A stretch of 37,849 nt of DNA from a virus (lineage: Duplodnaviria > Caudoviricetes): IMG/VR virus record IMGVR_UViG_3300031519_007812, positions 1 through 37,849 of that record. One strand, 5' to 3'. Below, one piece after another: positions 1-9,326 of the stretch (within the stretch, counting starts at the first letter, position 1; each line of letters opens with the position of its first letter). A program made the position numbers and the translations under genes. Under the pieces are notes generated by a model that did not search any database, was not told where the DNA came from, and saw only the letters and a program-made list of their open reading frames with translations.

Positions 1-170
1 TCATTGAAGCATTTCAAAAGAAAACCAAAATACAGCATAGTCAAGATGGATAAAAAGAGCATACCAATGCCAAACTTAAAGAGTTTAATAGTTTAAATGC
101 CAAATATAAGTTATTGCGCGAATTCTCGGTCAATCTTATGGTGAGACTTGTTTCCCATATTTTAAAAAAT

Positions 171-204
171 AAAAAAGGGGAGCGGCAAATATATGCCGCC
201 CCCC
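171..204 (-). terminator. Rho-independent terminator after rIIB
   Basis: Minus strand reads GGGGGGCGGCA-loop-TGCCGCTCCCC followed by T6, just past the rIIB stop. Confidence 0.8.
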
Positions 205-217
205 AAGTTGTTAGCTA

Positions 218-1237
218 TTATCGGCAGAACCTTCCTTTACTATCCCGCTTGACATTTGATGGATTCATATCCGCATACAATGGAAAAAGCTTCATGGCAG
301 CCTCGTATCCATCAGAATAGGCTGTCGCAGCAGCATCATCTTCGTCCATAACAGGGCTATTGGCTTGATTATCGGGAGAATCGACATACTCTTCGTCGCG
401 TTCTCCTTCTAAGATTGCTAAGACTACTTTGTCTACTTCTTTTTTCCATTCGTCTTGATCGGTTGGTTTTGTAAATATTGGGTTCATATCCAAGTCTCCA
501 TACTGATCATTGTAGCAGTCTTCCAGAGGCTTGCGCTCCTCAAGTTCGTTCACGACCTCATAGCGGCACGTACGAAGCTTCTGGCACTCACAGTCATTGG
601 GAACGCTAACAACGTCAGCAGGATCAATTTTAACGAGCATCAAACGCCCCCCACGACCGCAATAACTATCGGCATACTCGTAACTGCCAGCGTGAAACCC
701 AGCAGAGCATCCAACATTAGCATCGTCATCAACCTTGTTGCGAGTCATTTCGAGAACTTTACCAACGCTATTGTCGAACTTGCGGGAGTATTTGTCCAGA
801 TAGTTAAGGCCAACACCTTTGTAGGCGAGAAAATGTCCATCGGGAGTAATCGGCATGTTCTTGTGTTCCAAAAACTGATAAAGCTCATTGACTGCTCGCT
901 TGGAAGGATTGGCCTGCAAACGGTCAAAGAAATTCAAAAGGGCTTTATAGGGTTTGTCTTCCTTCATAAAGGCGATTGCCCGATCAATACAGTAATTGTT
1001 GATTTCTTCGTTTTTGTAATAAGCAACGCCATCTTTAACAACAATGTTGCCTTCGCTCAGGTCTTGGATTGCAGAACCAACATTAAAAAGTTTTTTAATA
1101 TCTTGCTCTGTTGTATTTTGATCGTCCAATGATGCCATAACAACATCAAAATTAGGATGATCTTGATTCATTGTAAGTGCTTTGCCTTCGACAATGACGG
1201 TGACGGATTTGTCAGTAATAATGTATGGGATATTCAT
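218..1237 (-). CDS. rIIB: rIIB-like protein
   Basis: Motifs FLAYKGV, MTRNKVDDD, CSAGFHAGS, LVKIDPADVVSVP and KLRTCRYEV are typical of phage rIIB. It lies downstream of an rIIA-like gene. Confidence 0.85.
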   Translation of the reverse strand: MNIPYIITDKSVTVIVEGKALTMNQDHPNFDVVMASLDDQNTTEQDIKKLFNVGSAIQDLSEGNIVVKDGVAYYKNEEINNYCIDRAIAFMKEDKPYKALLNFFDRLQANPSKRAVNELYQFLEHKNMPITPDGHFLAYKGVGLNYLDKYSRKFDNSVGKVLEMTRNKVDDDANVGCSAGFHAGSYEYADSYCGRGGRLMLVKIDPADVVSVPNDCECQKLRTCRYEVVNELEERKPLEDCYNDQYGDLDMNPIFTKPTDQDEWKKEVDKVVLAILEGERDEEYVDSPDNQANSPVMDEDDAAATAYSDGYEAAMKLFPLYADMNPSNVKRDSKGRFCR

Positions 1238-1267
1238 ATTGGTAGTAGTTTAAGTTAAGTTTTGTGT

Positions 1268-1543
1268 TCAGTCAATAACAGAGACAATATTGTTTCTTCC
1301 AAAATGCTTGATTTCAGTAATAATCATGTCTCCATGACTTTCTTTGTATGTTTCGTAATACTGAATAGCTTCTGACAAAGTATCTACTGTAACTAAGCTA
1401 TGTCCCCAGTTTTCTCCACCTAGACTCACAGTGTATTCAACTCTGTCTGGAGTACGTTCGTAGTATGTTGTGTCCTGTTCTGGTGCAGTTTTACATCCAG
1501 TGATTGCAATCGCAGCGGCGATAATAAAATATTTTTTAATCAT
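1268..1543 (-). CDS. Putative lipoprotein
   Basis: N-terminus MIKKYFIIAAAIAITGC has a basic start, a hydrophobic core and a lipobox Cys. Confidence 0.65.
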   Translation of the reverse strand: MIKKYFIIAAAIAITGCKTAPEQDTTYYERTPDRVEYTVSLGGENWGHSLVTVDTLSEAIQYYETYKESHGDMIITEIKHFGRNNIVSVID

Positions 1544-1548
1544 TTTAA

Positions 1549-1785
1549 TTAGAGGTCGAGATTCATTTGATTTTTAGCGTCAGTGTATGCTTGGTCACGT
1601 TCAAAGAGTCGGTGAAGATCTTCAAGAGTAGAAGCGGCACTGGTCAGTTCATCCAATGCTTCTTCATGGTTTTCTTCATCGTCAAACCACTTGTCGGCAA
1701 TAACTTGTTGTTGCATTTCGTCAATTTGAGAGACGATTTTGTTGATTTGGTTTGTGTAACTACTAAAATCATAATACTTTTTCAT
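1549..1785 (-). CDS. Hypothetical acidic helical protein
   Basis: 78-aa ORF directly downstream of a sigma70-type promoter. Confidence 0.7.
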   Translation of the reverse strand: MKKYYDFSSYTNQINKIVSQIDEMQQQVIADKWFDDEENHEEALDELTSAASTLEDLHRLFERDQAYTDAKNQMNLDL

Positions 1786-1794
1786 GTTGGATAT

Positions 1795-1823
1795 ATCTTA
1801 GGTAAAATTTTGAATTGTGTCAA
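1795..1823 (-). promoter_or_regulatory. sigma70-type promoter
   Basis: TTGACA-17nt-TAAGAT, ending 9 nt before the ATG at 1785. Confidence 0.75.
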
Positions 1824-1847
1824 TAGTTTTTGAGCCTAGATCTGGAC

Positions 1848-1877
1848 AAAATAAACCCGCTTACCTTAAAAAGCGGG
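1848..1877 (-). terminator. Rho-independent terminator after rIIA
   Basis: CCCGCTT/AAGCGGG stem followed by TTTATTTT on the minus strand. Confidence 0.65.
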
Positions 1878-1914
1878 AGGCAAGCTACTACCCTTGCCCC
1901 CCGCACTGTTCATC

Positions 1915-4176
1915 TTACTTTGCTACCGTCAAATCGACCATATTGATGTAGTCAACAAGTTTTTGTTTAAAACTAGTACCTTTCAAACTATAAGCTCGAC
2001 GACTGTCAACAGCCATTTCGTATATTGGATACTTGCTTCGGACAACCCGCCATTCATCACTCAAATCGTGAGTAGGCTTACAGCTTGTTGTCATCTCAAT
2101 CTTTGTCCATTGCTGAATTCTGTCAATAGTTTCCTTGGTTTTGTCAAATGATTCATGCCGCATCTCGCTCATGTGTTTGCCCAAGATAGCCATTTCTTTG
2201 GATTGATCAGCAATATCATCAGACAGGCGACGAACAAGATTGAAACACTTATCGTCATAGCCTTCAACTTTATTGTACTCTTTTTGATCGGAGTACTTTT
2301 GTTCAATTTTATTATCAACAATATATTTTTCAGTATTCTCCGCTACCCACTTTTTGACAGTCTTCCATTTGTCGGACATTTTGAATTTGTGAGAGTCTTT
2401 GATTTTAACAGCCACAACTTTTTCATGGTCAAGTCCAAGGAATTTGCAAGAACGTTGAATTGAGCTAATATAATCATACGTTGAATCGTAGCGATCTCCA
2501 GCGTCAGTTGGCGAAAAACGATCAATTTCAAACCAAACACCTCCAGCTTCAAAATCGACTTGTGCAGATTTAAAATATTCGCTCTTTATAGATCTATATC
2601 GAGAATCAAATACCACCCCGAATACCTTCTCAGAATGCTTGCTATTGACTGTAGAGCCTCCAACATAATTGCTTTTGACGTATCCAAGATCTTTGAGGGA
2701 GACCTTGGGCAAATCAGACAGTTTGATGGTTGGGGCATCGAACCTAACGTCTTTAGCCCACTGATCGTATTCTGGTCCCGACTCGATTAAATAAACTTTT
2801 TTAAATATTTTGCCAAGATGATTATCCTCCATTTCGCAAAGCGGGGCAATGCGATTTATAATCGCAGACTTCATATCTTTGATTACATAAGCGGTATCTT
2901 CAGCAGCACTGATAAAAGTATCTGGATAACCTTTTACTTTTGCTGTTTGATTTCCGCGGTTAACTCTAGTTTTTCGGTAAACTGAAACTTTGGCATAATT
3001 TTCTCCTCCTGCTGAATTGGGATTCGTAAGTTTCCACGTTCCAGAAGTTAAAGGTTTGCCAGCAAACTTGAGACTATCTTTATTGATAATGTTTCCCAAA
3101 AAACTCAAAGAATAATTACTATTATAATCAAAAATTCTATGATAAATTTTCTTAGCCTCAAACATGCTTTTGCCATTGACAAGTTCGGAATGAACTTTCG
3201 CAAGACATTCGTCTTTGACTTGTTGAGCTTTGGCAATAATGTTTTGTTGAGTATGATTACTGTAATCAAGACTTTCACGGGAAGTAGAAGTTTCTAATTC
3301 TCCAAGATTGAATTCAAGGAAAATTGATTTGCCATCCAAAACCCGCCTCAAACTGGTATCGTCACAAGAATCATTGGAATCCCCCCAATTTATCGCATCG
3401 ACATCAATCGGATAAGAAATGTTGCCCATGATTGCTCTCGGAACAGCGGGTTGTGTTTGGTGGAGGATCTTGAGATGATGGGGATATGAACCGTCATTGA
3501 TTTCAACAAATTTAAAATTACTTCCCTCGAAAACAGTCTTGATAGTGGGCAGTTTGTATTGGCTGTTACCTTTGACAATCGGGGCGATTTTAAAATATTT
3601 AAAAATAGACTCAGCCTTGTCTTTAAATTGCTGAACGTCACGCTCATTGACAGGAATTTCAATCTCGATACCGTTTTCTTCAGTGGTAGCTTCAGAGTGA
3701 AGCTTCGCAATTTGACCAACCTGAGATGGATCAATAAAAGCATTGTAAAGAGCAACAGTGCCGTTTTGAAACGAACGAATCAAAAAATTGTCACCATAAG
3801 CAAATCCTGACTTGCTGCCAAGACCCTTCTCACCAATGGCAAGATTGGTTTTGCGCTTTGTGGATTTACCATACTTGCTATAAATAGTCTGAATGTCCTC
3901 TTCAGACAGTCCAGTGCCATAATCGCGGACCTTGAAGGCAGGACTCAAAGGGTTTGGAAGAGTAACAGAAATCGGACGATCTCCATTACCAGCTTCGACT
4001 TGTGCGTCAAGAGCATTGGCAGTATATTCTCGAATCACCGCAAGAATTTTGTCTGAATAAATGTTGCTGCGAAGCAATTTGCAAATATGAGACATATCTT
4101 CTTGGTCGATTCCAAAAGAAACGGAGTCGAAACGCTGAGACTGTTTGAGGGTAGTAGTAGTAGTAGGAGCAATCAT
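1915..4176 (-). CDS. rIIA: rIIA-like protein with N-terminal GHKL ATPase domain
   Basis: IYSDKILAVIREYTANALDA, VRDYGTGLS, YGKSTKR and GEKGLGSKS are GHKL motifs. Length is 753 aa and rIIB is nearby. Confidence 0.85.
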   Translation of the reverse strand: MIAPTTTTTLKQSQRFDSVSFGIDQEDMSHICKLLRSNIYSDKILAVIREYTANALDAQVEAGNGDRPISVTLPNPLSPAFKVRDYGTGLSEEDIQTIYSKYGKSTKRKTNLAIGEKGLGSKSGFAYGDNFLIRSFQNGTVALYNAFIDPSQVGQIAKLHSEATTEENGIEIEIPVNERDVQQFKDKAESIFKYFKIAPIVKGNSQYKLPTIKTVFEGSNFKFVEINDGSYPHHLKILHQTQPAVPRAIMGNISYPIDVDAINWGDSNDSCDDTSLRRVLDGKSIFLEFNLGELETSTSRESLDYSNHTQQNIIAKAQQVKDECLAKVHSELVNGKSMFEAKKIYHRIFDYNSNYSLSFLGNIINKDSLKFAGKPLTSGTWKLTNPNSAGGENYAKVSVYRKTRVNRGNQTAKVKGYPDTFISAAEDTAYVIKDMKSAIINRIAPLCEMEDNHLGKIFKKVYLIESGPEYDQWAKDVRFDAPTIKLSDLPKVSLKDLGYVKSNYVGGSTVNSKHSEKVFGVVFDSRYRSIKSEYFKSAQVDFEAGGVWFEIDRFSPTDAGDRYDSTYDYISSIQRSCKFLGLDHEKVVAVKIKDSHKFKMSDKWKTVKKWVAENTEKYIVDNKIEQKYSDQKEYNKVEGYDDKCFNLVRRLSDDIADQSKEMAILGKHMSEMRHESFDKTKETIDRIQQWTKIEMTTSCKPTHDLSDEWRVVRSKYPIYEMAVDSRRAYSLKGTSFKQKLVDYINMVDLTVAK

Positions 4177-4212
4177 TGTAGTAGTTTGTTAAGTTTGTTT
4201 GACGTTGAATAC

Positions 4213-4241
4213 AGACTAAATCATATTTTGGGTCGAGTCAA
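4213..4241 (-). promoter_or_regulatory. sigma70-type promoter for rIIA
   Basis: TTGACT-17nt-TAGTCT in the intergenic gap. Confidence 0.6.
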
Positions 4242-4292
4242 CAATTTTTCTGCATTTTCAATAAGTTTTATCGGCATGATTTTTTATTTTTT

Positions 4293-4664
4293 TTAAAACT
4301 CTAGTTCTCCTAATTCTTTTATACTCCAATTGAAGAGACATTCTAATTGCTGAATTGTAGGCATGTTTTCAAATATGGCTATCTCTTTAACCCCTCTTAG
4401 TGCGTTCATTTCCCTATCAGAACATCCTATATACAAAGAGTATATATTTGTTTTAAATATTTTCGATCTTAACTCTTCTTTTTGCACAGATAAAAAAAGA
4501 TATTTGCCATCTTCTGTTTCACCTTTGAAAGCATAACGATCTTCTTTTACAACGCTTTGATTTAAATACTCTAAAGTTATATCAGAGTATGAAGTTACTA
4601 AAGCTTTGCTCGCATTAAGAGGTTTAACTGCCGAAGAGTTGTGCTGTTTCATAATATCCTGCAT
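4293..4664 (-). CDS. Hypothetical protein
   Basis: 123-aa ORF co-oriented with its neighbours. The start is uncertain. Confidence 0.6.
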   Translation of the reverse strand: MQDIMKQHNSSAVKPLNASKALVTSYSDITLEYLNQSVVKEDRYAFKGETEDGKYLFLSVQKEELRSKIFKTNIYSLYIGCSDREMNALRGVKEIAIFENMPTIQQLECLFNWSIKELGELEF

Positions 4665-4902
4665 TTATCAAAACTTCTTTTGTTCTTAGAAATTCAAAGT
4701 TATTTGATTCTGATTTATGACACATGATTATGTCGGAAACTTTTAAATGTTTATTACCTTGATCATGCTTTTTAAATTCAGACCATTTTTCAATGACTTT
4801 GGTCGCCGCCTCCATGCAGCATTCTGAATATTTGTCGAACAGGCTTTCGTCTATCTCTACTTCCCTTTTCCAGTTTGACCCAATTATAGTATATTTTGTC
4901 AT
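4624..4902 (-). CDS. Hypothetical protein
   Basis: 92-aa ORF with AT-rich codon use like its neighbours. Confidence 0.65.
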   Translation of the reverse strand: MTKYTIIGSNWKREVEIDESLFDKYSECCMEAATKVIEKWSEFKKHDQGNKHLKVSDIIMCHKSESNNFEFLRTKEVLINAGYYETAQLFGS

Positions 4903-4978
4903 TATAATAAGAGTTTAAATTTAACCTTTTAGCAAGTAGCATGGATGAAAGGGGGGGCGAAGTTCGTAAGTTTTATTT

Positions 4979-5188
4979 TTAATTTTCATTTTTATTTGCG
5001 ATAATATGGATTGCGTTATCAATTGATGCGTTCCAGCCATGTTCAAAATCACCTTTTGGGTCTTCAACTTTTTGTGTTTTCAAAAAAAACGATTCTGGAT
5101 CGGTATTGCAAGTTAGACATGGGGTTTTACATCCAGTGACCATACATACAGTTAGGATAATTATATTAATGGTAAGTGGTTTCTTCAT
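4979..5188 (-). CDS. Putative small lipoprotein
   Basis: MKKPLTINIIILTVCMVTGC reads as a signal peptide with a lipobox. Confidence 0.55.
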   Translation of the reverse strand: MKKPLTINIIILTVCMVTGCKTPCLTCNTDPESFFLKTQKVEDPKGDFEHGWNASIDNAIHIIANKNEN

Positions 5189-5306
5189 CGTGCTATTACT
5201 TTAAAGGATTATTTGACTGGTAAAAAGTTAAAAGTTTTTCAAATTTAGAATTGAATTTATACAGGTGTTTAACATATCTCTATTAAAAGGGTTTATTGAC
5301 TGTTAG

Positions 5307-5939
5307 TTAAGCCTTTGGATAAGATTCTTCTTTATATCGAACTTCGGCCTGCATTTTTTTTCTCCATCGCGCTTTTCCATGAACGAAGATGTATCTATGC
5401 TTTCTTGGTCTTGGTTTCAAATAAAAGTCGTCGCCGTATTTGTCGCGCATTGCTTGTGCGCGATTCTTTACTCCGCGAAATTCGTCAGTTAATGTTAGTT
5501 GGTGCAAGTGTTCTTTGCCCTTGACTCTCCAATCCGTTCTTTTGGCACTCAGCCCATGATACGAAAAGCTACATGCCTGATACACGATTCCAGCGTGTCC
5601 TTGAGATGAATCAGCAAAACTAATAATTACTTTACCCTTCGGAAGCTTCTTAATGCTTCTCGCCACAAGTCTACTTGCTTCGTTCCTTAGATTGTTACGA
5701 AGGCATAGCCTGTTTAGCTCCAAAATACACGATGCGTTCTCTTTGCCGACTATTCCATTTCTAAGAGTTGGGCTTGGCGGCGTTCCATACGTTACGCATC
5801 CAACGTTCACTCCGTCTCGGAATAGTCCAAACGCATAAGAAATACTTGGCCACCGCTTTGCGTAATGAATCTCCAATATGTATGGAGCGCATTCTGCACG
5901 GGTTATCTCTCTTACTTCGTATAAAGGTTTATCTTCCAT
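5307..5939 (-). CDS. mom: Mom-like GNAT-fold DNA adenine modification enzyme
   Basis: HY, AFGLF, GCVTYG.P, LELNRL, ISFADSSQGHAGIVYQA..F.Y.G and a C-terminal K.RY match the Mu Mom family pattern. Confidence 0.75.
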   Translation of the reverse strand: MEDKPLYEVREITRAECAPYILEIHYAKRWPSISYAFGLFRDGVNVGCVTYGTPPSPTLRNGIVGKENASCILELNRLCLRNNLRNEASRLVARSIKKLPKGKVIISFADSSQGHAGIVYQACSFSYHGLSAKRTDWRVKGKEHLHQLTLTDEFRGVKNRAQAMRDKYGDDFYLKPRPRKHRYIFVHGKARWRKKMQAEVRYKEESYPKA

Positions 5940-5945
5940 TATTAA

Positions 5946-6218
5946 TTATTTTTTATTATTAATTAAAGAAAACTCTTGGTCTTGGTCTTTTGGGTCGTCA
6001 GTTGCTGCTGCAATTTTATTTAATTTAAACTTCTCCCCGTAAGCAGTAAGTTCTTCAAGATTTTTACTATCCTCCGAGAACTTGATTGTAGCCCTCGCAT
6101 GCTCTGTGCGTTGTCGAGACCTCTTATTACCTACAGAGGTGACGTATGCCGGTTCCCTGTCTTTCAAAAGGTATTCGTAGGCCCATTCGTATAGTTCTTT
6201 TTGTGTTGGTTTGCTCAT
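5946..6218 (-). CDS. Hypothetical protein
   Basis: 90-aa ORF in the operon. Confidence 0.6.
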   Translation of the reverse strand: MSKPTQKELYEWAYEYLLKDREPAYVTSVGNKRSRQRTEHARATIKFSEDSKNLEELTAYGEKFKLNKIAAATDDPKDQDQEFSLINNKK

Positions 6219-6250
6219 TTTACTTGAAGTAGTAGGTTTTGTTTTGATTA

Positions 6251-6598
6251 TTAGCTTCTACCATAATTATCCTCAAGTCTAACTATGTCATCTTCTCCAA
6301 AATATTCTCCTAGCTGAACCTCAATAAACACTAAGTCTTCGGCTCCATCGTTTGTTATTTGATGTGCCTGTTCTTTTTCTACGTTAATTACGTGTCCATA
6401 TTTAACTCTAGTTATATTTCCATCGAGCTTTAGTTTTCCAGAACCTTTGACAACTACCCATATCTCACTTCTTTTAAAATGGTATTGGTAGCTTGGTGAC
6501 TGTCCAGCTTTTACAGTGATCTTTTTGACTTTGCAGTTTTTGGACTCTAGGATGTTTTCAAACTCTCCCCACGGCCTATTCTCTTTATAATTTGACAT
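6251..6598 (-). CDS. Cupin protein, mannose-6-phosphate isomerase type II C-terminal-like
   Basis: RPWGEF, SYQYHFKRSEIW and IEVQLGEYFGEDDIVRLEDNYGR. Confidence 0.9.
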   Translation of the reverse strand: MSNYKENRPWGEFENILESKNCKVKKITVKAGQSPSYQYHFKRSEIWVVVKGSGKLKLDGNITRVKYGHVINVEKEQAHQITNDGAEDLVFIEVQLGEYFGEDDIVRLEDNYGRS

Positions 6599-6659
6599 TC
6601 TTTATAATATTAATTAAAATTGCGGCTAACATAAAAGCATCCACTAAGATGAAATTAAT

Positions 6660-7292
6660 TTAAAGGATTATTTCCCTTGAGTCAATCAAATTTTTACATT
6701 TTCTTTTAAGAGCTTTTCTTGAATAAAAAATTCTGCTCATTACTGTCCCTTTGGGTATATTCAACTCCTTTGCGATTTCTTCGTGTCCTTTGCCCTGCAA
6801 GGTTAGTTCTAAAATTCTTCTTTCTCGGTCTTTAAGTAGCGAAATAGCTTCTTTAATTATTGATAGCTTTATACTATCTGGCTCCTTTTCTTCAAGAATT
6901 TTAAATGGGTCATTATAATCCACTGCAATCCCAGCAACCGTGTAGTAAGCGTCGTTTTCTTCCTCAAGACCTTCTAAGCTTAATTTATTTGATTGATATT
7001 TATTATTGCAATGCCGTATAAAACTAACGTATTCGTTTTTTAACGCTCTTGCCATCCAATGATTTATCTTTTTGGGGTTGGACATGGCTTTTATATTTTT
7101 GTAAATTTTAGCAAATATAATCTGTACGATGTCTTGTGCGTCATGCAAAGGTACTTGTTTTCTTCTTAGCCTGCTTATAAAAATAGGAAGGTTCGCTTTG
7201 AACAGTTCGTTAAAAGCATCTTCATCTCCAGCTTTGTGTTTCTCGCAAAGTTCTATATTTTTTGATTCGTAATCTTCTTTATTAAACTGCAT
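6660..7292 (-). CDS. RNA polymerase sigma factor, ECF-like
   Basis: Region 2: GDEDAFNEL, DAQDIVQ, W...ALKN. Region 4: EEIAKELNIPKGTVMSRIFYSRKAL. Confidence 0.85.
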   Translation of the reverse strand: MQFNKEDYESKNIELCEKHKAGDEDAFNELFKANLPIFISRLRRKQVPLHDAQDIVQIIFAKIYKNIKAMSNPKKINHWMARALKNEYVSFIRHCNNKYQSNKLSLEGLEEENDAYYTVAGIAVDYNDPFKILEEKEPDSIKLSIIKEAISLLKDRERRILELTLQGKGHEEIAKELNIPKGTVMSRIFYSRKALKRKCKNLIDSREIIL

Positions 7293-7314
7293 AATAAAAA
7301 TATATATTAAATAA

Positions 7315-8232
7315 TTAGCTTTTCAATGTTAAAAACTCAAGCTCTCTAATTGCGAGGTCTTTAGACTTCAGCTCTACTTCCCAATCTACATCGTATGACT
7401 TGGTTTCGCAAGCGGAAACATAATGAGTATCAAACTGAGTCGGCATATCTGCGTGACTACGGGGGTTGGGTTTGTCAGGGTGAGATTCGGAGTAATGAAA
7501 CAAAGGCTTATGATCACCCCATGTAGCAATACAATCGTAAATGCCAGAGTCACTTGGGTTACACTTGTCATGCAAATTGTCATAAGTTACGGGAATGCCA
7601 TGACGCTTGTAAAAATATTTGACTAAGCGTTCGGCGGTCCAAATGCTCTTGTCCTCGTTTTCCACGACAAGACGACTACGAACACTCTTGGTAAGAGTAT
7701 CAAGGTTGGCGGCAAAGCGGTCAGCGATCTCCCAAAGCTCACCATCAGAGCAGTTGACATGAATATTGATGGGGTTTTGGTAACTGCGCTCGCAACCTAA
7801 AAGGTCCATCATCCAGCCTTGATGTTTAAGCTCATTCTTGGTTTTAGCGAGACTAGACTCATTGCGAGACGCAAGCACATTGAATTGATCAGGATGACAA
7901 GATAAGCGGACAGGATAGTTGGCTTGGCGAATGGCAGCAAACTCCTGCATGATAGCGTCGTAATCTGGAGCGTCTTCTAATGAATAAGTAAAGTCTGGAT
8001 GGGTGAGGACGGGGAACAAAGAAGAAGACACGCGATAATTCCAACCATTGTCAGCACAATGCTGAATTATTCGATGGGTTACTTTGATATTGTTGAGCCA
8101 GCGAGCAGATAACTCTTTAAGAGCTGTCTTAGGGCAATCCCTAGAACTAAGATCGTTGAAGCGTTTCCAAGTCATGGTTTTAAATGAATGACTTGGTTTG
8201 AGTTCGTTGGAAATGCAGCAAAGTGAATGCAT
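7315..8232 (-). CDS. uvsE: UV-damage endonuclease
   Basis: YRVSSSLFP, RLSCHPDQFNVLAS, INIH, RLVVENED, YDNLH, PLFHYSE, HAD and ELKSKDLA. Confidence 0.9.
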   Translation of the reverse strand: MHSLCCISNELKPSHSFKTMTWKRFNDLSSRDCPKTALKELSARWLNNIKVTHRIIQHCADNGWNYRVSSSLFPVLTHPDFTYSLEDAPDYDAIMQEFAAIRQANYPVRLSCHPDQFNVLASRNESSLAKTKNELKHQGWMMDLLGCERSYQNPINIHVNCSDGELWEIADRFAANLDTLTKSVRSRLVVENEDKSIWTAERLVKYFYKRHGIPVTYDNLHDKCNPSDSGIYDCIATWGDHKPLFHYSESHPDKPNPRSHADMPTQFDTHYVSACETKSYDVDWEVELKSKDLAIRELEFLTLKS

Positions 8233-8238
8233 GCAACC

Positions 8239-8267
8239 ACTCTATTATATGTTTGCCATTGTGTCAA
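8239..8267 (-). promoter_or_regulatory. sigma70-type promoter for uvsE, leaderless geometry
   Basis: TTGACA-17nt-TAGAGT, ending 6 nt before the ATG at 8232. Confidence 0.7.
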
Positions 8268-8268
8268 C

Positions 8269-8301
8269 AAAAAAAAATGTCAGACATAAATGCCTGACAT
8301 T
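8269..8301 (-). terminator. Rho-independent terminator
   Basis: AATGTCAG/CTGACATT stem followed by a long T run on the minus strand, abutting the uvsE -35. Confidence 0.7.
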
Positions 8302-8321
8302 CTAAAAGTATTTTTTTATTT

Positions 8322-8480
8322 TTAATTTAGAGGCTTTTTTAAAAGTCCAGATTGCTTTTTCCAAAATCTGATTGTTTCAGCGAGATTTCGGACATCTATA
8401 TGAACTTCTTCGTTTTTAAAAAGCTTGTTTTCTTCATATTTTTTTATTAACCTTTTAATTTCTGACTCATATAGCATCAT
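8322..8480 (-). CDS. Small hypothetical protein (52 aa, not in the ORF track)
   Basis: MMLYESEIKRLIKKYEENKLF...KKPLN. Its ATG overlaps the sigma factor TGA (ATGA). Confidence 0.55.
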   Translation of the reverse strand: MMLYESEIKRLIKKYEENKLFKNEEVHIDVRNLAETIRFWKKQSGLLKKPLN

Positions 8481-9289
8481 AAGATATCCTTTATTTTATT
8501 TTCTTTAAATAATTTTTCAATTTTTGATAGAGCAATATTCCTAAGTTGTCTTACTCTTTCTCTTGTAATTTTGTATTTTTTTCCAATCTTAGCTAGGTTG
8601 AGCCTATCTTCACCAAAAAGTCCGTAATTCTTTACAATTATATCTTTTTCTCTTTCGGACAAGATTTCCAAACATTCTTTAATTATTTTTAACTTGTCTT
8701 TTGTGTCTGCCAATTCAAAAGTTTGCTCCTGATCTACGTTAAAAATTTCAAGCCTTTCTTCTCCAGAATCAAGCTCTTTATTTAGACTTTCCGGTATTCT
8801 CATTCTAGTTTTATAAGCAAGCAGCATATCGCTTGTGATGCCTAAAGCCTTTTTAATTGTTGATTCTTTTGGGAGGCGACCGAATTTTTCTTTGAATTCT
8901 TGTTTGTATGATTTGATTTTTTCAAAAACTTTTCTAGTACTACAGCTAAAATGAAACTGATTTAAATTGCTGGTTGTATACTTATTGCAAGCATTCACCA
9001 TCGCAATTCCCGCATAGCTATAAAACTTTACATTGTGTTTAACTTCAAAAGTTTCTGTAGCTTTTACAAGGGCATCGCAGCAAACAGAAAAGAAGTCTTG
9101 CAGGGTCAAAGAGCTATTTCTAAACTTGAACGCATATTTATTTGCAAAGGAATAAGCAAATTTCAAATTGTTGAGAACTAACTGCTCTCTATATTTGTCG
9201 TCTGGAAGCTCGTTTTTTAACTCTTTTTCTTGCTCAAGAGTCAGTACTTTGTGGTCTAGTGCTTGTTGCAAAAATTCTGGTTCACTCAT
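8477..9289 (-). CDS. RNA polymerase sigma factor, RpoD/RpoS-like (regions 1.2-4)
   Basis: LTLEQEKEL, EQLVLNNLKFA, KFYSYA, SLN, LSEREKDII..YGL and IGKKYKITRERVRQL. Start moved to the ATG at 9289 on promoter geometry. Confidence 0.88.
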   Translation of the reverse strand: MSEPEFLQQALDHKVLTLEQEKELKNELPDDKYREQLVLNNLKFAYSFANKYAFKFRNSSLTLQDFFSVCCDALVKATETFEVKHNVKFYSYAGIAMVNACNKYTTSNLNQFHFSCSTRKVFEKIKSYKQEFKEKFGRLPKESTIKKALGITSDMLLAYKTRMRIPESLNKELDSGEERLEIFNVDQEQTFELADTKDKLKIIKECLEILSEREKDIIVKNYGLFGEDRLNLAKIGKKYKITRERVRQLRNIALSKIEKLFKENKIKDIL

Positions 9290-9297
9290 GTGACGAT

Positions 9298-9326
9298 ACA
9301 TTAAATGGTTATTTGATGCGTGTCAA
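9298..9326 (-). promoter_or_regulatory. sigma70-type promoter for the sigma factor gene
   Basis: TTGACA-17nt-TAATGT, ending 8 nt before the ATG at 9289. Confidence 0.7.

Noticed and set aside
455-1132. 225-aa plus-strand ORF and other antisense ORFs in the track (e.g. 12272-12697, 20157-20600)
   Set aside because: They are shadows of well-supported genes on the opposite strand and carry no recognisable motifs.
4150-4166. GTA tandem repeat as a phase-variable tract
   Set aside because: It is an in-frame triplet repeat encoding poly-Thr, so length changes would not shift the frame.
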